The notes below the pieces were generated by a model, which did no database searches, was not told the DNA's origin, and saw nothing but the letters and a program-made list of their open reading frames with translations. Positions 14,688 to 28,742 of a stretch of DNA of 64,000 nt are shown here, in pieces. Source of the DNA: Octopus sinensis (taxonomy: Eukaryota); NCBI RefSeq assembly GCF_006345805.1, contig NC_043009.1, positions 55,304,001 through 55,368,000 of the forward strand, written 5' to 3'. A program made the translations under genes and the position numbers. How positions within the stretch are numbered: the first letter of the stretch is position 1; the number at the start of each line of letters is the position of its first letter.

Positions 14688-15737
14688 AATTTAGTGTTTA
14701 TTTAGTGGTATAAAATTTTGTTTTACCTTCATATTCAAACTTGATATCAGCTTTGTCCTTTGTATAATTCACACCTCAGTTTTTCCAGTTAAACTTTAGT
14801 ATATAACTCTTTCTATTATAGGCACAAGTAATAACTTTTTTTTTTACATTCTGATTTCTAACTCCACCTAGGTCAGTTTTGCCTTTCATTTTACCAGAAC
14901 TGATAAAATGTGTACCATTTGGGAATTGAGGTTGATTTTAATCAACTAAACCTGACCCCAAATTTTAAGGTCTTCTGCCCATATTAGAAATCAATGCTTA
15001 TTATAATATTAAACACTATAAACATAACATAGCATCAAACAATATTACTGACTCAAGCATTTTATTTGTTCTTGTTCTTTTACTGTTACTATGTAATCGA
15101 CTTAATCCCTTTGTCTGTCCTTGTTTGTCCCCTCTGTGTGTAGCCCCTTGTGGGCAGTAAAGAAATAAGTATTCTGACTTCAAATGTTGCCTTTTGTCCT
15201 TTCAGGATTGATAAAATGAGTACCATTTGAGCACTGGGGTCTATATAATGGACAAGGCTTCTCCCCCAACTCTGCAGTCCTTACACCAACAGTAGAAAAA
15301 AATTAGTATTATTATTGTTGGTTCTGTGCCAAAATTTGAAATCATTATTTGTTTTTGTTACAAATCTGTATACGTGTGCAAACCTGTCTATATTTATCTG
15401 TATTGAACCAATGTCTTTTGTACCTTTAATGTAGGCTCTTGTGGCCAAGAAACAAATGATTATCATTGTTGTTGTTGTTGTTGTTATTGTTATTGTTATT
15501 GTTAAGATAACGAGGTGACAGAATTGTTAGCAGGCCAGACAGAATGCTCTGTAGCATTTTATTCCAGCTGTTTATGTTCTGAGTTTAAATACTGCTGAAA
15601 TTGACTGACTTTGCTTTTCATTCTTTTGGGGTCAATAAAATAAATACTAGTTGAGCCCTAGGGTCAAAGCAATCAACAAGCCCCCACCCACAAAATTTCA
15701 GACCTTGTGCTTATAATAGAAAGAATTATTATTATTA

Positions 15738-15781
<44 letters not shown>

Positions 15782-15976
15782 GTTATTGTCATCCTCGTTT
15801 GGCACCTGTGTCGGTGGCACATAAAATCACCCACTACACTCTCGGAGTGGTTGGCGTTAGGAAGGGCATCCAGCTGTAGAAACACTGCCAGATCTGACTG
15901 GCCTGGTGCAGCCTTCGGGCTCCCCAGACCCCAGTTGAACCGTCCAACCCATGCTAGCATGGAAAGCGGACGTTAA

Positions 15977-16059
<83 letters not shown>

Positions 16060-16132
16060 TATTATATTATTAATATTAATATTGTTATTATTATTATTGT
16101 TGTTGTTGTTGCTGTTGTTGTTGTTGTTGTAG

Positions 16133-16169
<37 letters not shown>

Positions 16170-19100
16170 CATTATTATTATTATTGTTATTGTTATTGTT
16201 AAGTATCAGTCAAATATTGGGATTCATGATATCGATTAACCTCCTCCCCTTAAAATTACTGGTATTGTGCCTAAATCAAAAACCATTACTATTGTTAATA
16301 ACTTTTCTTTTTTCCTTGTCCAGGCACAGGAGTGGCTGTGTGGTAAGTAGCTTTTTACCAACCACATGGTTCCGGGTTCAGTTCCACTGCGTGGCACCTT
16401 GGGCAAGTGTCTTCTACTATAGCCTCGGGCCGACCAAAGCTTTGTGAGTGGATTTGGTAGACGGATGAAAGAAGCCCGTCGTATATATGTATATATATAT
16501 GTGTGTGTGTGTTTGTGTGTCTGTTGTCCTTCTAGCATTGCTTGACAACCGATGTTGGTGTGTTTAAGTCCCCGTCACTTAGCGGTTCGGCAAAAGAGAC
16601 CGATAGAATAAGTACTGGGCTTACAAAGAATAAGTCCCGGGGTCGAGTTGCTCGATTAAAAGGCGGTGCTCCAGCATGGCCGCAGTCAAATGACTGAAAC
16701 AAGTAAAAGAGTAAAAGAGTAAAGAGTCCATTGATTTCTTATACTTTTAATCAGAATTCATTGTTCAATTAATCCCATCAACCAATATTTATGTATCTCA
16801 ACACAAATTTTGTAAACAGCATTTAATTTCTTAGCATTCTATAACCGCATGCATTCACCAACGAGTTAAATTAATCCTGAAAGGTTTTTCCTGCCTAGCA
16901 AAATCTTTAGTCGCTTGTAAAATTCCATGCCTTTCAAGCAAGACAAATTAGCTCCATTAAAAATATTAGAACTTTCCCATCTTTTTAAGCAAACACTCAT
17001 TGTGAGGCAATTGTATTTATATGAGTTTAATGCACCGTCTGCCACAACAATGCACTTGGTGCACAGGAAACATAGGTGCATTAACAATTTGTCAAGAACA
17101 TTGTTACATGCATTAGCACCCAGTAACTGCATTGTCAATATAGTTTCGAGGTATTCTTTTTCTTCTTCTTCTTCTTCCTGCCCCAGTTTAGCGTTCAATT
17201 GTCTTTTTGTTGGTTGTTTTTCTTTTGTTTTAATTCCAGTTTGAAACCCAAGTCCCTTTGTCCACGAGACATTGCAATGCCAATAACAATATACAAATTA
17301 CTGTTCTTTCAGCTTGTATTTCGTTACACTAATCAGATGTAAATATCAAGTGAAATTTGATATGTAACATGGATCAGGGTATATTACATTTAGTTTAATA
17401 TTATTGATTGTATATCTTTCTTTGTTGTATAACTTATGTATGTAGTTTATATATCACAATTATCATCATCATTTCTATCAGTATCATCACCATAACATTG
17501 TCCTTGTTGCTGTCATCGTCATCATCATCATCATCATCATCATCTCAATGTCTACTTTTCTATGCTTGTTACACAGGCAACATGATATAAGAGATGGGTA
17601 GAGTGATGAAGAGCGATGATAAGAGTATATATGATATCTGCATTTGGGACTGAAACCCAAGCTGGCAGTGTTGTTAGCATGCTGAACAAAATGCTTAGTG
17701 GCATTTCATCCATCTTTACATTCTGAGTTCAAATTCTGCCAAGATCAACTTTGCCTGCCAATAAAATAAGCACCAGTCAAGTACTAGGACCAATGTGATC
17801 GACTTCTCCTCTCCTCAGAAACTGCTGGTTCTGTGCCAAAATTTGAAACCATTATTATGAACTCCAATGAATACTTTGTTACCTTGCAGAGCTAATTTCA
17901 AACTCTTTTGGTCACATAGAAATGGCAATATGAAATAGAGGTGATTTGTGTATTCATTCTTAGACAAAAAACATACCCCACTTTCCATGCTGCTGGTGTC
18001 TTAATCCAAGGGTGGCGAGATGGCAGAATAGTTAGCACACTGGATGAAATGCTTAGCGTTATTTCGTCTGTCTTACGTTCTGAGTTCAAATTCCGCCGAG
18101 GTCGACTTTGCCTTTCATTGTTTTGGGGTCGATAAATTAAGTGGAAAAATTTGAAACTAATATTAACAAGTGCAGGAGTGGCCGTGTGATAAGAAGTTTG
18201 TTTACCAACCACATGGTTCCGGGTTCAGTCCCACCGCCACTCCCCATCGCTTGATAACTGATGTTTAAAAAGGTGGCGAGCTGGCAGAATAGTTAGCTGT
18301 TGCCTTAATCTATTTTGACATTGGATTTTCACATCTTGGCTCTAATTATAGGCTGCTGCATATGACAGTTGAAGTGCAATGTTACACTCAATGTTAAACT
18401 CAACACACACAATTGTCTTCCACCAGGTGGCTCTCTTTTACTACAAGGCCCAGCCCTTGTTGCAGTGTGGTGCCTTGTGTACCTCAACGACCCTGAGAGA
18501 TATGGCAGGGGAGGGCAAGCTCCTGACAGGGCCTCCCATGAAAGACAGGTTCAAACTACCATAGACCACCTCTTCTCAGGTAAAAATGGGTTTGTGTAGG
18601 GACAACATCCCTATCAAGAAAAAAAAAAGCTACAGAAGTTTAAAACCAACAAGACTCAGGAGAGGAAGGCCTTCTTTCAGGGAAACATGTGACACAGTGC
18701 AACAAAATCTAAAAGGAAAATAACTAGAGGTGAGTTACTGAGGCTGGAACTGAAAAGGCAGGTATCCAACTGGAGAGATGCAGAAAAGACAGCCCAACTG
18801 AAAATCAGTGGTGAAAGGTCATCAATGGTCTTTGCTCTGTTGGTAAAGAAGGGCTTAAGGAACTAATTATGTGGCTCTCTTAACTCAGCCACAAGATTCT
18901 GCAAACTTTATGAGACTTATTTTACATTTTCTATTTCTTATCTGCACTTATATGTGCTTCCTGAAAGAATTATCTTGTTCTTCTGCAGATGTTTTTTTTT
19001 CACTGATATTTTTGCATTTTAATGCTTAATCTGTGTTGTATTATGATTGAAATATATAATAATGCCACCAAGTTCACCACAGATTGGGATATCAGATAAT

Positions 19101-19605
19101 ATGTGTTATCCTTAAGCTAGAAATGTAATTTCAGTGTTGACTCATATTTCAGGGATACAAAGCTAAATCTTCAGCATTCAACCATCAATGAAGTGTTCCA
19201 TTTTTGTACCATTTCATGTGATTATGGTAAATGTCATAAATCATGATGAAGCTAATATGTAAAATATGTTTCTTTTTAATACCAAGAATGGCTAAGTACA
19301 TTTTCATATGCTTAGTTTTGTTGTTACTCTTCTTAATGTAAGTAGAAATTTCAGAGACAAGGTATTTTGGTGTGATCCCTTTGGCATTACTTACTTGTAA
19401 ACATATTATGTAATAGTTCAGGGGAACTTTTCAGTAATGTACATGAATGTTAGGCATGTATGTAAGGATGTATACATACATTTATGTGTATATATTGCTA
19501 TACATGGAGATGGTCATATTTTTTTTTTGCCAATTACATACATGCACTTTTTAATTTAATCTTCATTTTAGTTTTTATCTATATTATTTTTAGTTTATAC
19601 ATCTG

Positions 19606-19646
19606 TCAAAGATCTTTCATCAAACATTCTGTGACCTCATCAGTGA
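19606..19646 (-). ncRNA. Minimal hammerhead motif
   Basis: TCA-CTGATGA-G-GTCA(cagaatgtt)TGAT-GAAA(GATC)TT-TGA. Confidence 0.6.
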
Positions 19647-21559
19647 TTCTCTGTCCCACACATCAGGTGTATAAACTAAAAATAATATGAATAAAAACTA
19701 AAGAGAAGATCGAATTAATAGTGTGTGTGTTTAATTGGCAAACAAAAATGACCATCTCCAAGTATAACAATATCTGTTTCAATACACTGTTTCACAACAA
19801 TAATCTTGCTAAACAAATACATAAATGTATGTATGTATGTATGTATGTATGTTTGTATGTATGCATGCATACATACATACATATGTGTGTGTATATGTTT
19901 GTGTCTGTGTTTGTTCCCCCCAACATCACTTGACAACTGATGGTGGTATGTTTACCTCCTCATAACTTAGTGGTTCGGCAAAAGAGACTGATAGAATAAG
20001 TACTAGGCTTCCAAAGAATAAGACCTGGGGTCGATTTGCTCGACTAAAGGCGGTGCTCCAGCATGGCCACAGTCAAATGACTGAACCAAGTAAAAGAGTA
20101 AAAGAGAAAGTACTCAGCACACTCTGTAAAGTGGTAGATGTTAGGAAGGGCATCCGACTGTAGAAACCAAGCCAAGTCATACTGGAACCTGGTGTGACTC
20201 TCCAGCTTGCCAGGGCTGGTCAAACAATCCAGCTCATGCCAGTATGGAAAATGGAAGTTAAACAACGATGATGATGGGTTTCTTTCAGTTTTTGTCTATG
20301 AAATCCATCCCCAAAGCTTTGGTCATCCCAGAGCTATAGTTGAAGGAACTCACCCAAGGTGCCACTGAATGAGACTGAACCCAACACCACATGGTCAGGA
20401 AGCAAATTTCTTAACCACACAGCCATGTCCGCACCTAGTCACATATAATTAGCGTAAAATTGCATAATGTTTGAATATTAATTAAATACTCGTTTCCTTG
20501 CTTAAAGTTGTTCATGCATAATAATGTAATATATTTAGTCGTTTATAACTTTCACATTTATAAGTAATTATTATAATTAGGTAAGATGATGAATGACAGA
20601 ACTAGTGAAGTGCCAAATTTGATATTTCATCATATCCTTTTATTCAGACATAGTATATCTAAGATTATGATAACCAATATTTCCCCATTTTTTAAAGACA
20701 CTATATTTTATCATTTATTTGTGGTGGTGGTGGAGGTTGTGGTGATGATGGTGATGATGATGATGCTGGTAGTGGTGGTGATGGTGATGATGATGAGGAA
20801 GAGGATGGTGGTGGTGGTGATATCCACATAAAAATTTTCTCTTATGAGAACATCCCAGGCAGACATTTTGTTATCTGATAATTCAATTGCATCATTAAAA
20901 GGTACAAACATTTTCATTTGCTCAATATGAATAACATTAAGTGTGAAACCCATGATAATTGAATAATGGTATTTGACTGTGTTTGTATGAGATAAAATTT
21001 ATACTACATGCTTTATAAGCTTGTTTTTGAATTATCTTTTTCAAGACAATAAACCGTTGTTTCTTGAACATTTTATTCTGCACAAGCATTTATTGATGAT
21101 AGAATTAAAAAGGTTTAGATATTCTACAGCTTGTGAAAAAAAAAAATTCTAAAAATATCTCTTCATTCAACAATGGGAAGTCACTAAATAAAGATAATAC
21201 ATAGGAGAGAGAGAAGGATTACTCTAAGTAGATGCAGCTGAGGATGTGACTGTTAGAGAGAAAGAGGGTCACTCCAACACTTGACTAGTTCTCATGTTCA
21301 ACTGAGATTCAGCATAAATTTTTGATTTATTAAAATTATTTCCAACTCAAGAGGATGTTGTGTCTTAATTACCAACTGGCAATTGGGATGAGTCGCAGAT
21401 AAGAAAAATGATAATCTCAAGAATCAGGCTTGTTGTCTAGAGATAAGAGGACACTCATGGACATTCTGCCTCAGCAGCTATCATCAGCATAAGAATTGTC
21501 CTTCCGTGTCTTCAGTGGCCAAAGGACTTATAGATATACAAAGAAAGTAGGACATATTT

Positions 21560-21810
21560 GTTGAGAGTATATGGCCTAGTGGTTAGGGTGATGTACTCAC
21601 AATCACAAGACCATGGTTTCAGTTCCTGGACTGGGTGGTGCATTGAGTTCTTGAGCAAAATACTTCTTCCTATGTTGCTCTGTGATCACTTTGACATCTG
21701 ATGTGAAGTACGTCATACACATGTTTTGGTAATGTCAATTCGATGGAGGGAGTGAGCTGAGATACAGTACATACATTTAATCACTATAAACAAATTATTT
21801 GTGCAGACTG
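21560..21810 (+). mobile_element. Old tRNA-derived SINE
   Basis: TGGCCTAGTGGTTAGGG...GTTCTTGAGCAAAA; related decayed pieces at about 7800-8040(-), 54860-55125 and 60650-60770. Confidence 0.6.
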
Positions 21811-21893
21811 TCTCTTTTCAGCCTATGAGATGCTATTAACACAGACACATTTATAGTCTAAGTAATTTGCATAATTAAAAAAAAAATGAACTA

Positions 21894-22297
21894 AGGCGCA
21901 GGAGTGGCTGTGTGGTAAGTAGCTTGTTTACCAACCACATGGTTCCGGGTTCAGTCCCACTGCGCGGCACCTTAGGCAAGTGTCTTCTACTATAGCCTCG
22001 GGCCGACCAAAGCCTTGTGAGTGGATTTGGTAGACGGAAACTGAAAGAAGCCTGTCATATATATGTATATATATATATATGCGTTTGTGTGTCTGTGTTT
22101 GTCCCCCTAGCATTGCTTGACAACCGATGCTGGTGTGTTTATGTCCCCGTTGCTTAGTGGTTCGGCAAAAGAGACCGATAGAATAAGTACTGGGCTTAAA
22201 AAAGAATAAGTCCCGGGTTGAGTTGCTCGATTAAAGGCGGTGCTCCAGCATGGCCACAGTTAAATGACTGAAACATGTAAAAGAGTAAGAGTAAGAG
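21894..22297 (+). mobile_element. tRNA-derived SINE family A (about 400 bp), representative copy
   Basis: GGCGCAGGAGTGGCTGTGTGGTAAG...GGTTCAGTCCC head, internal TA/TG tract, GTAAAAGA tail. Other copies at about 3751-4153(-), 8411-8830(-), 10813-11164(+), 12274-12680(-), 16322-16727(+), 28490-28914(-), 35053-35442(+), 45258-45647(-), 49203-49586(+), 58515-58907(+). Confidence 0.9.
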
Positions 22298-22741
22298 AAA
22301 TAGCTCAGAGTAGTCAATGGCATGTAGATGAACAATTTAGACAACCACAGATATATCAAATACCAAATAACAAATTCTTGATTTATTAAAACTATCTCTG
22401 CTTCTAGAGGAACCTCAAATGTATGAAACTGGAGTGAATAGAGTTCTAGGTAACAATGACCAGATATCTTGAATCTAAAGTCACAAGAATCTAAATAAAA
22501 GGGAAACAAAGATGTTTTGTTTAGTGGCAACAGCAAGCTCCAATTTGGTCATTTCTGAAATATTTAAAACAATATCATGACAAAAGTGATGGTCCAGCAT
22601 GCCCACAGGCTGAAATAAGAAAAAAAAATAGAAGCAAAACAGTTGCTTTATACCTTTAACAGCCCATCTACCTCAATGTACCACAAAGGACACTGCAAAA
22701 CTGACTTTTTATCATATATTACCCTTTCCATATAAAGCTTT

Positions 22742-23188
22742 GGAGCTTTACCTTTTGACCGACAGATTTAAAAAATAATTTTTCGTTTGTCACTGTTACT
22801 TATGACATCGTTTGTGCATTTGTACTGATTTTAGCTTTAAGGTTTTAGGGTTAGGGTTAGGGTTAGGGTTTTAGGGTTAGGGTTAAGGTTTTAGGGTTAG
22901 GGTTAGGGTTGTCATAAATAACAGTGACTAACGAAATATACACCGCTGGAAGTTCTTGTTGATAACAACAGCAGTAATTTTATTCAGTGGAATACACGTC
23001 ATTGATTGGTTGAAATTACTGAAATAGGACAACTTTAATATGAAATAACTTCGTAAATATAAGTTTTTCTCAAAAATGCTAAGAGTAAAAAATGTTTTAT
23101 ATGACACATTCTACCAGTGTCCGAAGTTTGAAAGTGTTTAATTACAAAAAATTATTTTTTAAATTTGTCAGTCAAAAGGTAAAGATCC
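22742..23188. mobile_element. Merlin-like MITE containing telomeric TTAGGG repeats
   Basis: Imperfect TIRs of about 40 bp (GGAGCTTTACCTTTTGACCGACA / TGTCAGTCAAAAGGTAAAGATCC); 8-bp TSD aaagcttt/aaagcttg; TTAGGG array at 22837-22910. Confidence 0.7.
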
Positions 23189-23736
23189 AAAGCTTGTTTT
23201 AGAAAAAGGTAGTCCTTCAAAAGTTTTTTCATAAATATACATGCTATTTTTGGCTAAGTAAAAATTAATTAAAAAAAGTAATGAATTAATGAAAAAGCAA
23301 TTCAAAAATTCTCATAAATGAATCAGTGTGAAAGTAAAGTTTGAAAATGAGTAAAAATTATGGAGAAATGCCAATAATCCTCCCTGTATATAAGTTGTGA
23401 CATAGGAATTAGAAAAGAAAGGAAAATACATACAGCCCCACCACCTCTCTCTCTCTCTCTCTCTCTCTTTTCACACATTGAAAGCGTTTTTTTTTCGTAA
23501 TGCATTTGTGCGTTAGTTAAAGACAAACTAGCATCAAAGTCTTGCACTTTTGTTGTAAAACTAGAATAAGAAGCATAACAGAAAAGTTTTTCCAGATTTC
23601 TGTAAAACTGAGCTACAATCTCAAACTGAGACAACTATGCTAAACTGGGACAATCCCAGACAAACCAGAATGTATAGCAACCCTCTATATGTGTGTGTGT
23701 GTGCATTTACATGCAGTTAAATATATGTCCAGTCAC

Positions 23737-23798
23737 AGAGTGACCAATAGTTTCTCATCTATAAAGTGCTTAGCCTAAAAGATGACTCATCAGACTCT
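23737..23798 (-). ncRNA. Type I hammerhead motif in PLE pLTR (left arm of inverted repeat)
   Basis: AGAGT-CTGATGA-GTCATCT...AGATGA-GAAAC-TATTG-GTC-ACTCT; C11.1 appears lost. Confidence 0.75.
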
Positions 23799-24013
23799 AA
23801 TGGTGGAGGGTATATAACCCCTTTTCAAACTGGAGGAAGAAAACCCTTACGGTCAGTAATTTGTAAACAAAAGAGTAATATATGATGCAAGCTTTGCATA
23901 GCAGAGTGGGCAAGGATCCTTAAAGACTTGTTGGACCTGAAATGTCTCTTAAATTACTGACCATAACAGTTTTCTACCTCCAGTTTGAAGAAAGGTTATG
24001 TGCCCTCTGCCAT

Positions 24014-24077
24014 TAGATTCTGATGAGTTGTCTATAAAGCTAAGCACTTTATGGATGTGAAACCATTGGTCACTCTA
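24014..24077 (+). ncRNA. Type I hammerhead motif in PLE pLTR (right arm of inverted repeat)
   Basis: TAGATT-CTGATGA-GTTGTCTATAAAG...CTTTATGGATGT-GAAAC-CATTG-GTC-ACTCTA. Confidence 0.7.
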
Positions 24078-24097
24078 TGGCCAGACATATATTTAAC

Positions 24098-24552
24098 TTA
24101 AAGTGTGGACATACAGAAAAAACCTCATTCCTGCAATTCACATAGTTGTTGGAAGCTCTCAAATTCTTTAAGAGATAGAATTTTTCAAGAGAACATATTT
24201 GAACATCTTTTGGATCCATTTGGGCCTGGTTTTAGAAAGGATTTTTCCATTTGATGCCATGGTTGCTCCCTTTGTCTTTAAGCTTCTAGATTAAAGCCAA
24301 AAGGATAGCAGACTATCTCTTATCACAGTGCATAAAATTCAAAAGATAGTGGTTATATCTGGATTTAAATTTTCCATTCATGTCTCCAGTAAAACGTTCG
24401 ATTTCTGTTTGACCATTGCCATAGTTTGCTGACACGTGTGCTTCATAAATACCGGAGGATATATCACGGTTCTGTCCTAGAAGACATTTAGATTTGTCTC
24501 TGCATGTGCATTCAGAGAAGGCTTGAGTCGTCTGTTGCTTATTGATATACAA
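24098..24552 (-). mobile_element. Penelope-like element GIY-YIG endonuclease remnant
   Basis: CTCRDKSKC..GIYEAHV..FKSRYNHY, then KLKDKGSNHGIKWKIL..NGSKRC..CSLEKFYL..CRNE across frameshifts; typical PLE endonuclease C-terminus. Confidence 0.8.
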
Positions 24553-25444
24553 CTTAACATTGGTGGGGGGAAGAAGAGGTAAAGAGGTAATTTTACTCGT
24601 GTGACTTGAAGATTTTACTGCGACGAACGGTCACTTGAAACTTTGAATAAAAATTTGTAAAGACCTTTTAGTTTTAATAAACTGTGTATCATTCCACCTT
24701 TAGTATTTGCATACTATTTTCCCACTTTTTATGCGCTTATCTGTGAACACACACACATACAATATGCTCATATATACTTTGTAGCAAGTAAGTGTATAGT
24801 CAAACCACAAACATATATATACATACGTTCATATACACATACATACACACAGAAAACCGTAGAAGAATTGTCATGCTATGTAACAGTGAAATATGGGCAA
24901 TAAATTCAGATTGGATATTAAATAGCAAGAAAGGCTGTGGGAGGCCGAACACATGAAGCATAGGACATCAAAGGTATATGACGGAAAATGTTAATGAATC
25001 GAAGTATATGGAAGAACAATGCTGTAAGTATAGTCAGTGATAAAAGTTTTGGTTAAAGAAATAGCCAGAGCGGTTCCGAAACATTGGACACCACAGGTGA
25101 AATAATCTATCGAAGGAAACCTCTTCGTGATCGCTCAACTTGCTGAAAATAGCAGAGAAATCTTCCCTATCTCTTAAAATAAAAAGGGAAGGAAAAGCAC
25201 TAATGTAATCCCAGAGACATTGTTTCGAAACTTCGGGGTGTTTGATCGATTCAAGTCTGAACAAAAAGGTCAACCAGCAGATTCTCTCGTCCTAAGCCAG
25301 CAAGGGGTATTTTTTTTTTCTCATAATAGAATGAACTTCACAACCACCTTTCCGAAGTTTTATATCTACGTAAAAAAAAAAAAAATCAATCTATCCTTTC
25401 ATCTCCTTTTTTTATTCTCTTGTCTGTCTCTCAAACTTTCTATC

Positions 25445-25536
<92 letters not shown>

Positions 25537-26579
25537 CCTACCTAACTATATATATGTCTTTCTCTTTCACTTCAAAGCACTCATACTCTTATGTATTTCT
25601 TCTCTTTCACCCGCTATCATTCATTCTAAAGTCCTCCTCTCTTTAATCTTTCACACACAGACACACAAACACACTTCTATTTGTATTACTTCTCTGCTCT
25701 TCATTCGTTGTCTCTCGTTGTCTTCCGTGTTCACCACTCACATTCACACACAAATATATGCGTAAAATGCACTGTCCAGACGAAACATAACCAGACACAA
25801 AGCTTAATACTGGTTAGGTCAGTAGGTACTGACATAATGTTTAGGGAGCTGTTTCCACTCTCCGCACTAACCCTATCCTTCCCTCAACTAATCAACCAAT
25901 TATTCGGCCAACCGACACAATCTACGCTGCCAATAGTTGGCGGTCTCTCTCTCTTTCTCTTGCTCTTTCTCTCTCTCTCTCTTGCTCTTTCTCTATCTTT
26001 CTCTTGCTCTTTCTCTAGCTCTTTCTCTCTCTTTCTCTCCCTCTCTCTCTCTCTCACACGCATTTGTTCTCAAACAACCACACTCATGCACACTCAGACA
26101 ATTTCTCTTACTCTCTCTCTCTCTCTCATTCTCACACGCATACACTTTCTCTCACTTACACATCCTCTCCCCTCATACACACGCACTCTCTCTCTCTCTC
26201 TCTCTCAAACACACTCTCTCTCTCTACCTGTCTTTCTATCTTTCCATTTAACTATTTATACATACACATACTCAAACTATCGTTGTCTTTCATTACTCAT
26301 TATATGTCCTTTGACGCTCACACACGGAGAACTCGCCTACACACACCTACACACACACACACAATCTCTCTCTTTCTGTCTTTATGTTTCCTTTGTCTTT
26401 TCCTTTCTTACAAACCTAACATTGAGAAATACTAAACACCCCCTCATCACACATACTCAGTGTCTTGACTGTCAGACTCCTGTTTTATATTGAGAAACAG
26501 GAACACATTTTCCCTTTAAGAATTCTTATTCTTTAGTGCTTGCTTTCACTCTTTCTTTCTCTCTCTTCCTCTTTGTATT

Positions 26580-26613
<34 letters not shown>

Positions 26614-28701
26614 ATTCTATTTTGTCTGGTTCCACACACAACAAAACATATTCTCTCTCCCTCTCTCTTCCTCTATTCCCTCTCTCTATGACCCTTTTTT
26701 AATCATTCTTTCACACCTCACACAACACAGTATCTCTTTTAACTTGGTGTGACGTCATATTTTAATATCGACCTTTAACATCGTTAATAAATGCGGAAGA
26801 TTTCTAAGATCAAAGCAATTACTCAGTCCCTACCACTTCTCCCAGGCATCACCCCCCACTTTTACCTTAGCGAACCCACCGCCCACCACCACTTCTTCTT
26901 CCCCATGTAAACCCACAACTTATACATTTCAGTATCTTCTTGGACCATACTTCAGCGAACTCTTCTCCTGGCCCCTGAGGGCTTGCGGTGATAGTTATGT
27001 TTAGCAGTGATAATGGTGTTGGTTATATGGTTGGTGTGTGTAAGATGTGTTGTGGGATTCGAAGTGTAGTTAACGACATTTTTTTCATGTAGTAAATGAG
27101 GTTTACTTGATGTATACAAGAAACACCCAGATGTACAGCTTCTCCACTTTCTCTTTCCCAATTGCTGGATCGGAAAAACACTCAATTGACGCGAATATAC
27201 ACATCAAACGCAAATTTACGCACCACACTAATGCTATTCCTCCCACAAACTCTTCATGTGTATGTGTATATGCGCGTGTGTGTGTGTCTGTGGGGTGTAC
27301 TTTTTTATTTATAGTTCTCTATATATTTATATTTATATGATATACATCCATGCATTGATACTTTTGTATATTTATTTATATTTATGTATTTATTTACTTA
27401 TATTCTCTATATATAGTTATCTATCTACATATATGTATGTATGTATATACAGACTATATATATATGATATACATATATATACTATATATACACATATACA
27501 GGAAGAGAGTTGTAAAGGGGAAATAAAGGAAAGAAAATACTGGAAGAACCATCTGTTTATTCCTACTTGTTCCCACAAAATCTCCTTGGAAATGGAAATC
27601 TAGAGATCCCTGTACATTATAACTACATTGTCTCACGAGAAAACCCTCTACGGAGTCATTCAACTCGCAAGAAATAACAGACAAATTTCCTTCAAATTAT
27701 ATCAGGCTACTTAAAAATAAGGTAAAGACACATTAAAGTAGGGATTCTCTTCAAAATGAGAAGATCGTGAATGGTATGTCTTTGATCATTTGTCTGTTGG
27801 AACAGAAATGACATAGAGACTACACAGCAACAACGTGACTTTCTGAGAATACACAATAGTCGAGAGGTTTTCAAACACGTTTGGCTTTGCAAATTGGCTT
27901 GAAGCATAAACTAGATCTTGTAGGCTAGATAAAGGACAATTATTTCTAAAAACACTATTCATAAGGTAGATCGAAGTCAATGCATAAAGGGAGTCAATAC
28001 ACATTATAACAACTTTATTAACAATAAAGAAAGGGAGGAATCTGAAGTGTTGGAAACGTCTGTGTATAGAGAGATGATGGTGATGATGATGATCATAATC
28101 TTCATCATTTAACGTCCACTTTTCCACAGTTGCATGGCGGAATTTGCTGAGGCAGAAATTCTACGGCCAGGTGCCCTTCTTGTCGTCAACCTTCACCTGT
28201 TCCCAAGAAAAAAGTAATATTTCCCAAGGACACGAACATCATGCTCATTTACAACCAGCACGTGATATCAAGACAAGGGTACACTCAAATACACGCTCGC
28301 ATGCATGCACGCACACACACACACATACACGGGCACACACATATATGTATATGTTAGGTTTCTTTCAGTTTCCTTCAACCAAATCCATTCCCAAGGCTTT
28401 AGTTGCCCCAGGATTATAGCAGAAGACACTTAAGATACCTTGCAGGGGAACTGAACCCAAGACCGTATAGTTGCCTATTGAAATATACACCTTTACTCTT
28501 TTACTTGTTTCAGTTATTTGACTGTGGCCATACTGGAGCACCGCCTTTTAGTCAAGCAAATCGACCCCAGGACTTACTCTTTGTAAGCCTAGTACTTATT
28601 CTATCGGTCTCTTTTGCCGAACCGCTAAGTTACGGGGACATAAACACACCAGCATTGGTTGTCAAGTGATGTTGGGGGGACAAACACAGACACAAACATA
28701 T

Positions 28702-28742
<41 letters not shown>

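Noticed and set aside
16866-17244. Overlapping ORFs of 105-110 aa in unique sequence
   Set aside because: No recognisable motif or splice pattern; may be regulatory, but this cannot be supported.
22837-22910. TTAGGG array as a telomere-fusion scar
   Set aside because: Short, single orientation and enclosed within MITE TIRs.
24600-25092. HHR-like words at about 24601-24645 and 25033-25092
   Set aside because: Cores and stems too degenerate to distinguish from chance.
25681-26493. 270-aa Leu/Ser-rich ORF
   Set aside because: Driven by CT/CA repeats; no recognisable domain.
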